Virus record (IMG/VR): IMGVR_UViG_3300015199_000003
Span: 1-57,410 of that record
From: a virus
Lineage: Duplodnaviria; Caudoviricetes
Direction: 5' to 3' (one strand)
DNA length: 57,410 nucleotides
Positions 1 through 8,779 of this stretch are shown here, piece by piece. The stretch's first letter is position 1, and the number at the start of each line of letters is the position of its first letter. Below the pieces are notes generated by a model. The model did not search any database and had not been told where the DNA came from. It saw nothing but the letters and a program-made list of their open reading frames with translations. The translations under genes were made by a program, and so were the position numbers.

Positions 1-47
1 TTGTTGTGGTGTTGGTGGTGGTGATGGTGATGGTGATGGTGGTTGGA
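1..47 (+). repeat. GGT/GAT low-complexity repeat encoding Gly/Asp; continues the repeat at the right end
   Basis: Sequence ggtggtggtgatggtgatggtgatggtggt; the same unit occurs at about 57373-57410. Confidence 0.9.
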
Positions 48-361
48 TTTGGAAGCACAAAAACGAGGCAATTGAAATGGAAAGCGGCGCGTACATTCTC
101 GCGATTCGGTCGAGCAGTTGGAATCCGTATGTGCTCGTCGGAAAGGTCGAGGTTTCCGGGTTCGATCTCATCGTTTCAAGCGGCCGAATTATCCGCCGTT
201 TCGGCGGAAATAATTCACTCGCGCAACTCTCCGAAAATGGCCCGATGTCCGGCACGCAACTTCTCGCGCCGTCAGCGGTCGAGATCATTTACCGGCCGAA
301 TGTGAGCCGCGCCATTCCGATCAGCGCCACCGTGTTGAAAAAGTTCATGGCCGCGAAGTGA
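2..361 (+). CDS. 5'-partial phage protein: Gly-Asp repeat followed by a small beta-rich domain (DUF6948-like)
   Basis: Frame 2 is open from base 2 (CCGVGGGDGDGDGGWIW...) into ORF 77..361; motif 'GRIIRRFGGNNSLAQLSENGP'. Confidence 0.55.
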   Translation, partial: CCGVGGGDGDGDGGWIWKHKNEAIEMESGAYILAIRSSSWNPYVLVGKVEVSGFDLIVSSGRIIRRFGGNNSLAQLSENGPMSGTQLLAPSAVEIIYRPNVSRAIPISATVLKKFMAAK

Positions 362-450
362 CCATTCCCCGGCCGGCCCCGGAAGTCGCTTTGAGGAGGC
401 GATGGGGCCGGTCCAATTCCTCGAGATCTGGCGTCAGGACGTGCAACGAG

Positions 451-879
451 ATGGAGCCGACGAAAACTTATACCGAGCTTCTGCGCGATCCGCGATGGCA
501 GCGGATGCGATTGGAAGTCATGCAGCGCGACGGGTTTGCCTGCCTAGAGTGCGGGGGCGAGACTCAGACCCTAAACGTTCATCACGCTTTCTATGTCTTT
601 GGGCGCGCGCCATGGGAATACGAAAGCACGACGCTGCGAACGCTCTGTGAATCGTGCCACGAATCCATCACGGAAGCCGTCACTTATATTCGCCAATTCA
701 TCGGCGCCATGTCGATGAAGGAACTCAAACGAGTTATCGCGTTCCTTCGCTGCCCGAGGCCGGTGCCGACTGATCTGGTGACAGATCGGGAAAGGCTCCG
801 CGAGAAACTCCAAACAGCAGACCACGAAGAGGCGCTCGCCGTCTTTCGGCAGATGATGGGAGCTACGGATGGCCGCTAA
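451..879 (+). CDS. HNH-like endonuclease
   Basis: LRDPRWQRMRLEVMQRDGFACLECG...LNVHH...LRTLCESCH; ATG at 451. Confidence 0.75.
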   Translation: MEPTKTYTELLRDPRWQRMRLEVMQRDGFACLECGGETQTLNVHHAFYVFGRAPWEYESTTLRTLCESCHESITEAVTYIRQFIGAMSMKELKRVIAFLRCPRPVPTDLVTDRERLREKLQTADHEEALAVFRQMMGATDGR

Positions 880-1264
880 ATACCGCAAGGTGGCATGTCG
901 AATCTGGCAAGATCCAACTTTTGAAGCGCTCTCAGTCGCCAGAAAGATTGAGGTTATCGAGGCCATCGTTCGCAACAAGCCGCCGCTCGGATTCGAGGAA
1001 TTCTGCGGGCCGTCCTTTCGAATCCGGGAAGGCCAACCAAAGCGACGGCCTGATCTGTATTCAGCCGACTGGCGACGAGTTCGCTTGGAAGTTATCGCTG
1101 AGCAGGGAACCGTCTGCGCCTACTGTGGTTGTGATTGTTCGGAAGATCCGACCGTCGATCACAAAGTGCCCGTATCGCGCGGCGGAACTCATTGCAAAAC
1201 GAATCTAGTTGTTTCTTGTCGCCCGTGCAACAGCCAGAAGGGCGGCATGGAGGGCTGGCTTTAA
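869..1264 (+). CDS. HNH endonuclease with an initiator-like N-terminus
   Basis: CAYCG...TVDHKVPVSRGG...NLVVSCRPCNSQKG. Confidence 0.9.
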   Translation: MAAKYRKVACRIWQDPTFEALSVARKIEVIEAIVRNKPPLGFEEFCGPSFRIREGQPKRRPDLYSADWRRVRLEVIAEQGTVCAYCGCDCSEDPTVDHKVPVSRGGTHCKTNLVVSCRPCNSQKGGMEGWL

Positions 1265-2145
1265 TGGCACGTCACAGGAAGATCGACCTTCGTATGCACG
1301 CCGACGCAAAATACCGTCGCCTGACGCCGCCCCAGCCATGCGGACAGGCGCTATGGTGGTATTTACTCGCCGGTCCGCAAACCGACATCATCCCAGGCTT
1401 GTGTTCGGTCGGGGAGTCTGCGTTTGCCGAACTGATTGGCTGGCCGTTGAAAGGGTTTCAGGAAGCGTTTGGCGAAGTGTTTCGGGAAGGGTTAGCCAAA
1501 GCCGATTGGAAGGCTCGAATTCTCTTCGTTCCGAACGCGATCAAATACAACCCGCCAGCCAATCCAAACGTAGTAAAAAGTTGGCGCGCCGCTTGGGACG
1601 AATTGCCGGAATGCGAATTGAAAAACGAGGCGCAAGCCCTGATTTCCTCGCGTCTGAAAGGGTTAGGCAAAGGGTTTGAGGAAGCCTTTCGGGAAGTGCT
1701 TGGAAACCCTTTGCCAAATCAGGAACAGGAACAGGAACAGGAACAGGAACAGGAGAAAGAAGACGCCTCGCTCGCCGGTGAAAACGAACACATCAAACGC
1801 CACGAACGCGCGTACCAAAAGGCCCCCGAAGGCTTCGCGGAATTCTGGTCGCAGTACCCGAACCAGACCAAGCGCGCCAAAGCCATCGACGCCTGGAAGC
1901 TGGTTGCGACCAACGCCGCCGCTCGGGCGCGAATCATGTCCGGCCTGGCCCGGTGGAAAAAGTCGGCTCAATGGACCGATGGGAAAGTCGAACTCGCGGC
2001 CAATTGGTTGGCCGATCTACTTTTCGACGAGCACCCGGCACCGGCCAAAGTCGCGAAACAGGAAAGGTCCAAAGCCGAGTCGGACGAGGATGCGCGACGA
2101 ATGCTCAGGGAGAGCCGGAAGGCGGCGGGGGTGGAAAATGTCTGA
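1264..2145 (+). CDS. phage replication initiator / replisome organiser
   Basis: ATG overlaps the upstream stop; N-terminal RHRKIDLRMHADAKYRRL, QE-repeat linker, C-terminal FAEFWSQYP...AIDAW...ANWL; directly upstream of DnaB. Confidence 0.75.
   Translation: MARHRKIDLRMHADAKYRRLTPPQPCGQALWWYLLAGPQTDIIPGLCSVGESAFAELIGWPLKGFQEAFGEVFREGLAKADWKARILFVPNAIKYNPPANPNVVKSWRAAWDELPECELKNEAQALISSRLKGLGKGFEEAFREVLGNPLPNQEQEQEQEQEQEKEDASLAGENEHIKRHERAYQKAPEGFAEFWSQYPNQTKRAKAIDAWKLVATNAAARARIMSGLARWKKSAQWTDGKVELAANWLADLLFDEHPAPAKVAKQERSKAESDEDARRMLRESRKAAGVENV
1720..1755 (+). repeat. (CAGGAA)5 CAGGAG tandem repeat encoding the QEQEQE linker
   Basis: Seen directly in the sequence. Confidence 0.9.
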
Positions 2146-3454
2146 ACGACAACCGCCAGTCGATCGCGAAGCCGAACGGAACGTTTTGGGAAGCATGCTC
2201 CGCGACAATGCGGTCATACCCGACGTGATGGGAATTCTGTCCGCGGAGTCATTCGCCTTCGACGCGCACGCGAAGATTTTCCGAGTTGCCGCCGACTTGC
2301 TTGCCTCGGGGAATCCGGTCGAGTGTATTCTTCTGGCGAACGAACTTCGGGCGCGAAAGCAGATCGATGATATCGGCGGCTACGGCTACCTTGCCGACCT
2401 GCTCGAATGCGCGCCCACCGCGGCGAACGCCGAATACTATTCGGCCATCGTCCGCGACAAAGCCACGCTCCGAAAGATGATTGGCATCTGCACGGAGATT
2501 TGCCGGGACGCCTACAGCCAAGTCGGCGAGGTTGACGATTTGGTGAGCTATGCGCAACGCGAATTCCTGAACGTCCAGGGCGACACGCGGCGGGCGCGCA
2601 CGGTGATTATGGCCGATCTGATCGGCGAGGTTGAGCGCGAGATTGATCGGCGTGCCAAGCACAAAGGGGAAGTCACCGGAATTCCCACCGGATTGATCGA
2701 CCTCGACATATTAACGAGCGGCTTCCATCCGGGTGAGCTTGCCATCATCGCCGCGCGGCCCTCAATCGGAAAAACCGCTCTGGCGGTCAACGTGTGTGTG
2801 AACGCATCCGATCGGCATTCGTCGGTTTTGTTCAACCTCGAAATGGCGCGGATGGAGCTCGGAACACGCATCCTCTGCGGCGCCTCCGGCGTGTCATCGC
2901 AGGCGGTTCGAAGCGGCCGTTTGAACCAAGAGCAAGTCCGCAAATTGATCAACGCCGGCTCTGTGCTTCGACCGGCACGCGTCTGGTTCGACGACTCGCC
3001 GAATCAGCGCGTTCGACAGATTCTTGCGACATGTCGGCAACTCCGAAGCCGCGAGAAGATCGACCTGGCGGTAATCGATTACCTTCAACTGATCGCCGTC
3101 GAAGATCGGCGGACCAATCGTAACGAGCAGGTCGCGGAAATTACACGATCGCTCAAATTGATGGCCCGCGAACTCGAGATCCCGGTTATTTGCCTTTCGC
3201 AACTCTCGCGTGGCTCCGAGCAGCGCGAAGATAAACGGCCGCGACTCTCCGACCTGCGCGACTCCGGCGCCATCGAGCAAGACGCCGACACGGTGATATT
3301 CCTGCATCGGCCTGGAGCGCAATCGACCGAGCCCACCGAACGGATCGACGCGATTGTCGCCAAGCAGCGCAATGGGCCGTGTGCCGATGTGCCGTTGGTG
3401 TTTCGAAAGGAAACAATGCGTTTCGAAAACTACATGCCCGGAATTCCAATGTGA
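2138..3454 (+). CDS. dnaB: replicative DNA helicase DnaB
   Basis: EAERNVLGSML, AARPSIGKT, IDYLQL, LSQLSR, RPRLSDLRDSGAIEQDAD, KQRNGP. Confidence 0.97.
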   Translation: MSERQPPVDREAERNVLGSMLRDNAVIPDVMGILSAESFAFDAHAKIFRVAADLLASGNPVECILLANELRARKQIDDIGGYGYLADLLECAPTAANAEYYSAIVRDKATLRKMIGICTEICRDAYSQVGEVDDLVSYAQREFLNVQGDTRRARTVIMADLIGEVEREIDRRAKHKGEVTGIPTGLIDLDILTSGFHPGELAIIAARPSIGKTALAVNVCVNASDRHSSVLFNLEMARMELGTRILCGASGVSSQAVRSGRLNQEQVRKLINAGSVLRPARVWFDDSPNQRVRQILATCRQLRSREKIDLAVIDYLQLIAVEDRRTNRNEQVAEITRSLKLMARELEIPVICLSQLSRGSEQREDKRPRLSDLRDSGAIEQDADTVIFLHRPGAQSTEPTERIDAIVAKQRNGPCADVPLVFRKETMRFENYMPGIPM

Positions 3455-3482
3455 GCGAACTAAAACCCAAAGGAGCTTGAAC

Positions 3483-4244
3483 ATGACGACGAAAGCAAAA
3501 CCCCGAGCTGGCAACTGGCGGAATAACCGGAGCGATACTGCGCCGGACGAAGCGGGGACCGGACCCAAACCGAGCGTCAACGGGCACGCGCCCAGTGCGA
3601 ACGGCGTCCACAAGAAACCCGAGAACCAAGCCGCGGATCTGGCCGCGAAGACGTGGGCGCCGACGGGTGAAGCGATCAAGCGACTGGTCGGTTCCGACGA
3701 CAAGCGCAAGATTCTGGCGATGGACCGCAAGGACTTCGAAGAGGTCTACGCCACGATGGACACGCTGATTGCTTCGCACCATCAACACATCGTCGATTCC
3801 GAAGCCGACATCGCCTTGATCTGGCTACTGAAGCCATCGTACTCATCGGGCAAGTTGATCGTCGGCAAAACGAAGATCGCATCGGACGAAGCCAACGCGC
3901 TGATCGGCTTGACCTCGAAGAAGTCGAGCGGCTACCAGTTCGTCATTTACCTCGACGCGTCCGCGTGGGAGAAGTTCGTTCCGGACCAACGCGAAGCCCT
4001 GATGGACCATTTGCTTTGCCATGCGGTCGCGGAACTGGAAGAGCAAAGCGAGCGCGGCAACGCCGGGTGGAAATTCAAGCTCCGCAAACACGACATCGAA
4101 GAGTTCACCGAAGTCGTTCAACGCCACGGGCTCTACGTCAAGGACCTGCAGGACTTCGTTGAAATCGCGAAGGACGCAGCCAAGCCCAATTTGTTCACGG
4201 ACGTGAACGCGGAAGAGCCTGCGAGCGAAGAGGCGAGCGCATGA
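3483..4244 (+). CDS. phage metallopeptidase-like protein with a degenerate HExxH motif
   Basis: ALMDHLLCH...KLRKHDIEEFTEVVQRHG; GGAG ribosome-binding site before the ATG. Confidence 0.7.
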   Translation: MTTKAKPRAGNWRNNRSDTAPDEAGTGPKPSVNGHAPSANGVHKKPENQAADLAAKTWAPTGEAIKRLVGSDDKRKILAMDRKDFEEVYATMDTLIASHHQHIVDSEADIALIWLLKPSYSSGKLIVGKTKIASDEANALIGLTSKKSSGYQFVIYLDASAWEKFVPDQREALMDHLLCHAVAELEEQSERGNAGWKFKLRKHDIEEFTEVVQRHGLYVKDLQDFVEIAKDAAKPNLFTDVNAEEPASEEASA

Positions 4245-4459
4245 TCTTCTCCTTCCGTCCCGATCGATTCGCGGCCGTGGTTCGCGCCGCGCGACAGTCG
4301 CGCGGCTGGTCGCTCGAAGCGCTCGCCGCGAAGATCGAGATTTCCAAGACGCATCTCTGGCAGGTCGAAACAGGCAAGTGCCTGCCATCGGTTGCAATCC
4401 TTGCTCGGCTTTGCAAGGCGTTCGAGCTCCGAGCGGATTATCTTTTGTTCGATGAGTGA
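4241..4459 (+). CDS. XRE-family HTH regulator
   Basis: RQSRGWSLEALAAKIEISKTHLWQVETGKCLPS. Confidence 0.85.
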   Translation: MIFSFRPDRFAAVVRAARQSRGWSLEALAAKIEISKTHLWQVETGKCLPSVAILARLCKAFELRADYLLFDE

Positions 4460-4462
4460 AGC

Positions 4463-4906
4463 ATGATCCAGCGCTGCGAAATACCGATCCCGATTTCGGC
4501 CAACGCCATGCACCGCACGGTATGGCCGAAAGACCCCAAGAAGCCGCCGTTTCAGGTCAATACGAAGGAATACGAATCGTGGCTTTTGCAGGCCGGCTAC
4601 AAGGTCAAGGCGGAGATGCAACCGGCCAAGACGCTGCCGATTCGCGTTCGGTTGGAAGTTCACGGCGGCGAAGGCTTCACGAAGGCTCGGGACCTCGACA
4701 ATTGTTGGAAGCCGTTGCTGGACATGCTCCGGCAGGCAGAAATCATTCCAAACGATCGGGTGAAGGAAGTGGCTTCGCTGGTGGGAGATTACTTCCCGCC
4801 GAAATGCAAGGGCGTCAAGGCGACGTGTTTTGTCGAGGTCGAAGAGTTGACCGATCGGCCGGTTCGAGGCATTCAGGGCGAATTATTCGAAGGGACGGAA
4901 ATTTGA
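4463..4906 (+). CDS. rusA: RusA-like Holliday junction resolvase
   Basis: PISANAM...RDLDNCWKPLLDML...IIPND. Confidence 0.75.
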   Translation: MIQRCEIPIPISANAMHRTVWPKDPKKPPFQVNTKEYESWLLQAGYKVKAEMQPAKTLPIRVRLEVHGGEGFTKARDLDNCWKPLLDMLRQAEIIPNDRVKEVASLVGDYFPPKCKGVKATCFVEVEELTDRPVRGIQGELFEGTEI

Positions 4907-6288
4907 AGAAACGCATTCACGCCGCCGACTTGTTCTGCGGAGCCGGCGGCACTTCGACCGGGTTGCTCCAAGCGTGCGCTCGATTGGGTCGCCGTGTTGA
5001 ATTGACCGCGATCAATCACTGGGCGCTCGCGGTCGAGACGCATGCCAAGAACCACCCGAAGGCGCATCATGCCTGCGAAGATCTGGCCACGATGGACCCG
5101 CGAAAGGCCATTCCGGGCGGGAAGCTGGATCTTCTGGTTGCCTCTCCCGAATGCACTCATCATTCGGTGGCCCGTGGCGGCAAGCCGGTCAACGATCAGT
5201 CGCGTGCCTCGGCATGGTGCATACTCCGTTGGGCGACGGCGCTGCAGATCAATCGGATCATCATCGAGAACGTGCGCGAGTTCACTTCATGGGGTCCGAT
5301 CGGCAGCAACGGCCGGCCGCTCAAGAGTCGGCGAGGCGAGACGTTCCAGACGTTCCTCGAAGCGCTGCGGAGCCTGGGCTACCGGGTCGATTGGCGCGTG
5401 CTCAACGCTGCCGACTTCGGCGATGCGACGACGCGCGAACGGCTATTCGTTCAGGCGGTTCGCGGCCGACGGGCGCTTCGCTGGCCGGAGCCCACGCACG
5501 CGAAGGATCAACGGCCCGTGCTGTTCAACGATCGCCTTCCGTGGAAGCCCGCTCGCGAAATCATCGACTGGCGGATGCGCGGCCTGAGCATCTTCGGACG
5601 CAAGCGGCCGCTCAGCGAGAACACGCTGACCCGCATCGAGGCGGGTCTGAAGAAGTTCGGCGGCGCGAATGCCGAGCCCTTCCTGCTGCTGTTGCGAGGG
5701 ACAAGCAACTATCACATTGAGCACTCGGCCAAATCGATCGGTCAACCGGTTCCTACGTTCACAACAGGGAACACGCACGGCCTGATCCAGCCATTCATCG
5801 TCAACGCGGCCAATCAAGGCGGAGAAGAGCGGCGCTGCCATTCGCTGGACGATCCGTTGCCGACGGTCACCACAATTAAACGGCACGCATTGGTTCAGCC
5901 ATTCATTCTCCCGCATCGACAATTCGACCGGATGGATGTTGATTCAATCGATCAACCCATGCGCACGGTGACAGCGCAAAACGGCGGAGACAATGCTTTG
6001 GTCGAGCCGTTCCTTGTGCCCTACTACGGCGCGTGCAGCGAAGCCGATTCGATCAATAACCCCATCAGGACAGTAACGACGAAAGACCGTCTCGGCCTCG
6101 TCGAGCCCGCGCAACTGGACATCCTCTTTCGCATGTTGCAGCCGCATGAACTGGCGGCGGCGATGAGCTTTCCGGCCGACTACAAATTCGCTGGCAATCG
6201 CGGCGACATCGTGAAGCAGATCGGCAATGCCGTGCCGGTGGGAATCTCACGCGAATTGTGCGCGGCAACATTGGAGGAAGCAGCGTGA
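4903..6288 (+). CDS. DNA (cytosine-5) methyltransferase
   Basis: DLFCGAGG, SPECTHHS, ENV, RERLF, KQIGNAVP; TTG start overlaps the rusA stop. Confidence 0.93.
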   Translation: MKKRIHAADLFCGAGGTSTGLLQACARLGRRVELTAINHWALAVETHAKNHPKAHHACEDLATMDPRKAIPGGKLDLLVASPECTHHSVARGGKPVNDQSRASAWCILRWATALQINRIIIENVREFTSWGPIGSNGRPLKSRRGETFQTFLEALRSLGYRVDWRVLNAADFGDATTRERLFVQAVRGRRALRWPEPTHAKDQRPVLFNDRLPWKPAREIIDWRMRGLSIFGRKRPLSENTLTRIEAGLKKFGGANAEPFLLLLRGTSNYHIEHSAKSIGQPVPTFTTGNTHGLIQPFIVNAANQGGEERRCHSLDDPLPTVTTIKRHALVQPFILPHRQFDRMDVDSIDQPMRTVTAQNGGDNALVEPFLVPYYGACSEADSINNPIRTVTTKDRLGLVEPAQLDILFRMLQPHELAAAMSFPADYKFAGNRGDIVKQIGNAVPVGISRELCAATLEEAA

Positions 6289-7484
6289 AGACTCTCTTCG
6301 ACACCGAGCGTATGCAAATGACCGATTCAATCCGCTTGACGGCCGAAAGCCTGCGCGTCCACGGCTCGACCTATGATGATTGGGTTTTCGCCTGGAGCGG
6401 CGGCAAGGATTCAACGACGTGCCTGACTCTGGTTCTCTATCTGATCGAAACGGGTCAGGTTCCAAAGCCCGAGACCATCACGGTTCTGTACGCGGACACC
6501 CGTCAAGAGATTCTGCCACTTTGGCATTGCGCGGCCGAGATCCGCACTGAACTTGGTTTCCGGTCGATCGATTCCCGCGTTGTCCTTCCGCCGCTCGATA
6601 AACGAATGTGGGTCTACATCCTCGGCCGTGGCGTTCCTCCGCCGAACAACAACACGCTTCGCTATTGCACTCGGCAGATCAAAATCGAGCCGATGGCCGA
6701 AGAGGTTCGCAAACTCGCGCAGGCCCGAGGCCGCAAGGTTTTGGTCATCACCGGCGTTCGCCTCGGCGAATCGGCGGCCCGCGACAACCGCATCGCTCTT
6801 TCCTGCTCGACCAACGGGGCCGAATGCGGGCAAGGCTACTTCCAGCAAAGTCTGGAGGGAGCGAATGCGGACACGTTGGCGCCAATCGTTCATTGGCGGG
6901 TCTGCCACGTCTGGGAGTGGCTCAAGCATTGGGCGCCGCAAGCGGAGTTCGGCGACTGGTCAACCGCTTTGCTGGCCGATGCGTACGGCGGAGACGAAGC
7001 GCAGGAAATCAACGCGCGGACTGGCTGCGTCTGCTGTCCGCTGGCAAGTCGGGATTCGGCCCTCGACGCCGTCATCAAGCTGCCGCGCTGGGATTACCTG
7101 GCTCCTCTCAAGAAGATCCGGGGCGTCTATGACGATCTTCGCTTGCCGCGCAACAGGTTGCGGAAGCCCGGCGGCGAACGGCTGAAGGACGGCACGCTTT
7201 GCAAGAATCAGCAGCGCATGGGCCCGTTGACGATGGCCGCTCGGCTGGAGGCCCTTGATCGAGTGCTGACGATCCAAGCGGAAGTGAACACGACAGCGGC
7301 CGGCCGGCCAAGCGTTGACCATCTCGACGCGCAAGAAGAATCGCGCATCCGCGACCTCATCGGAGCGAACACCTGGCCTGATGGGTGGGCAGGAACCGAG
7401 CCGACTGGCGACGTGCTTTTGCCTGGTTATCACGCCGATGGAAGTGTTCAGAATCTTCTCTGGACGGAGGATGTTTTCCAATGA
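6285..7484 (+). CDS. PAPS reductase-family (DndC-like) protein
   Basis: PP-loop SGGKDS, RYCTRQIKIEP, GVRLGESAAR, RTGCVCCP. Confidence 0.85.
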   Translation: MKTLFDTERMQMTDSIRLTAESLRVHGSTYDDWVFAWSGGKDSTTCLTLVLYLIETGQVPKPETITVLYADTRQEILPLWHCAAEIRTELGFRSIDSRVVLPPLDKRMWVYILGRGVPPPNNNTLRYCTRQIKIEPMAEEVRKLAQARGRKVLVITGVRLGESAARDNRIALSCSTNGAECGQGYFQQSLEGANADTLAPIVHWRVCHVWEWLKHWAPQAEFGDWSTALLADAYGGDEAQEINARTGCVCCPLASRDSALDAVIKLPRWDYLAPLKKIRGVYDDLRLPRNRLRKPGGERLKDGTLCKNQQRMGPLTMAARLEALDRVLTIQAEVNTTAAGRPSVDHLDAQEESRIRDLIGANTWPDGWAGTEPTGDVLLPGYHADGSVQNLLWTEDVFQ

Positions 7485-8287
7485 GCAATCTCACCCAACC
7501 ATTGAAGTGGCACGGCGGCAAGCATTATCTTGCGCCCAAGATCGTCGCGCTCATGCTGCCGCACATTCACTACGTCGAGCCATACGCCGGCGGGCTCTCG
7601 GTGATGTTGGCCAAAGATCCCGAGGGCGTGTCTGAAGTCGCGAACGATCTAAACGGGCCGCTAACCGGCTTTTGGCAGTGCCTTATGAATCCTGATTTAT
7701 TCGAGCAGTTTCACCGCCACGTATCCGCAATGCCGTTTTCCGAGGCGCTTTTCGACAATGCGATGGCAGCCGTCAAAGGCGATTTAGTTTCTGACGCAGC
7801 CGCCTTCTTCGTCTGCTGCCGTCAATCGATGGCCGGCCGGATGAAAGACTTTGCGCCACTGTCTCGCACGCGCACACGCCGCGGCATGAACGAACAGGCC
7901 AGCGCATGGATGACCGCAGTCGATGGCCTGCCCGCCGTTCATGCTCGCCTTCGTCGTGTTGCGATCCTGAATCGGCCCGCTCTGGAAGTCATTCGCCAGC
8001 AGGACGGGCCGGATACGCTCTTTTATCTCGATCCACCATACCTTCACGAAACCCGGGCGACAACGGGCGAGTACGCGCACGAGATGAGCGCAGACGAGCA
8101 TGAGGAACTGTTGACAACTCTCAGGCAGATCAAGGGACGATTCTTGCTCAGCGGTTATCGGTCCGATTTGTACAGCAACTTCGAGCGTGATTGCGGGTGG
8201 ACCCGGCACGACTTCGAGCTTCCGAACAACAGCGCTGGCGGCAAGAGCAAGCGCCGCATGGTTGAATGCGTCTGGTGCAACTTCTGA
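7481..8287 (+). CDS. Dam/D12-class DNA adenine methyltransferase 1
   Basis: KWHGGKHYLA, YVEPYAGG, EVAND, FYLDPPY. Confidence 0.93.
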   Translation: MSNLTQPLKWHGGKHYLAPKIVALMLPHIHYVEPYAGGLSVMLAKDPEGVSEVANDLNGPLTGFWQCLMNPDLFEQFHRHVSAMPFSEALFDNAMAAVKGDLVSDAAAFFVCCRQSMAGRMKDFAPLSRTRTRRGMNEQASAWMTAVDGLPAVHARLRRVAILNRPALEVIRQQDGPDTLFYLDPPYLHETRATTGEYAHEMSADEHEELLTTLRQIKGRFLLSGYRSDLYSNFERDCGWTRHDFELPNNSAGGKSKRRMVECVWCNF

Positions 8288-8300
8288 GGATCGCGTGCAA

Positions 8301-8636
8301 ATGACCGTCGCTGATTCCATCCTGGCAGCACTGGTCCGCGCATCGGGCGGGTACGGCATCGAGGCCAGTTTCACATGGCCGGACTTGTGCGTTCTGGTTT
8401 GGGAGGCCGATCGCAAGCGGTTCGGGATGCGCGGCTATGAGCAGCTTTACCCGAACACCAAAGCGATTCAATCGTACGTGTCGATGATGGTCCCGCGCAA
8501 GCCGTGGCAAAAGCGCAGCGGTACGCCGACGCTGGAGCGCATCGGCGGCGGGCGCGGCAGCGACAAGCAAGGTGTTTATAGGCTGACGGCGGCGGGATTG
8601 GAACGCGGCAAAGCATGGAGTCACATCAATGGCTGA
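8301..8636 (+). CDS. hypothetical protein, possibly winged-helix
   Basis: Coupled ORF; ends in GVYRLTAAGLE. Confidence 0.55.
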   Translation: MTVADSILAALVRASGGYGIEASFTWPDLCVLVWEADRKRFGMRGYEQLYPNTKAIQSYVSMMVPRKPWQKRSGTPTLERIGGGRGSDKQGVYRLTAAGLERGKAWSHING

Positions 8637-8748
8637 GAACACGAAAATTCAATGGTGCCACCATACGTTCAACCACGTTCGCGGCTGCACCAAAATCAGC
8701 TCCGGCTGCGAAACCATCTTGTTGACATCAACAAAATGCTCGTTGTAG
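8629..8748 (+). pseudogene. truncated Gp37/Gp68 (DUF5131) radical-SAM-like gene
   Basis: MAENTKIQWCHHTFNHVRGCTKISSGCE, then unrelated sequence and TAG; the third Cys of the motif is missing. Confidence 0.75.
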
Positions 8749-8779
8749 TGCCCTGTGGAAATCTGAGAGAGCCAAACGA

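Noticed and set aside
1676-2137. N-terminal extension of DnaB (also the extensions at 4456 and 21999)
   Set aside because: Overlaps real upstream genes; homology starts at the downstream coupled start codons.
6285-7484. Complete Dnd phosphorothioation or restriction-modification system
   Set aside because: Only a DndC-like gene is present; no dndB/D/E or cognate restriction endonuclease recognised.
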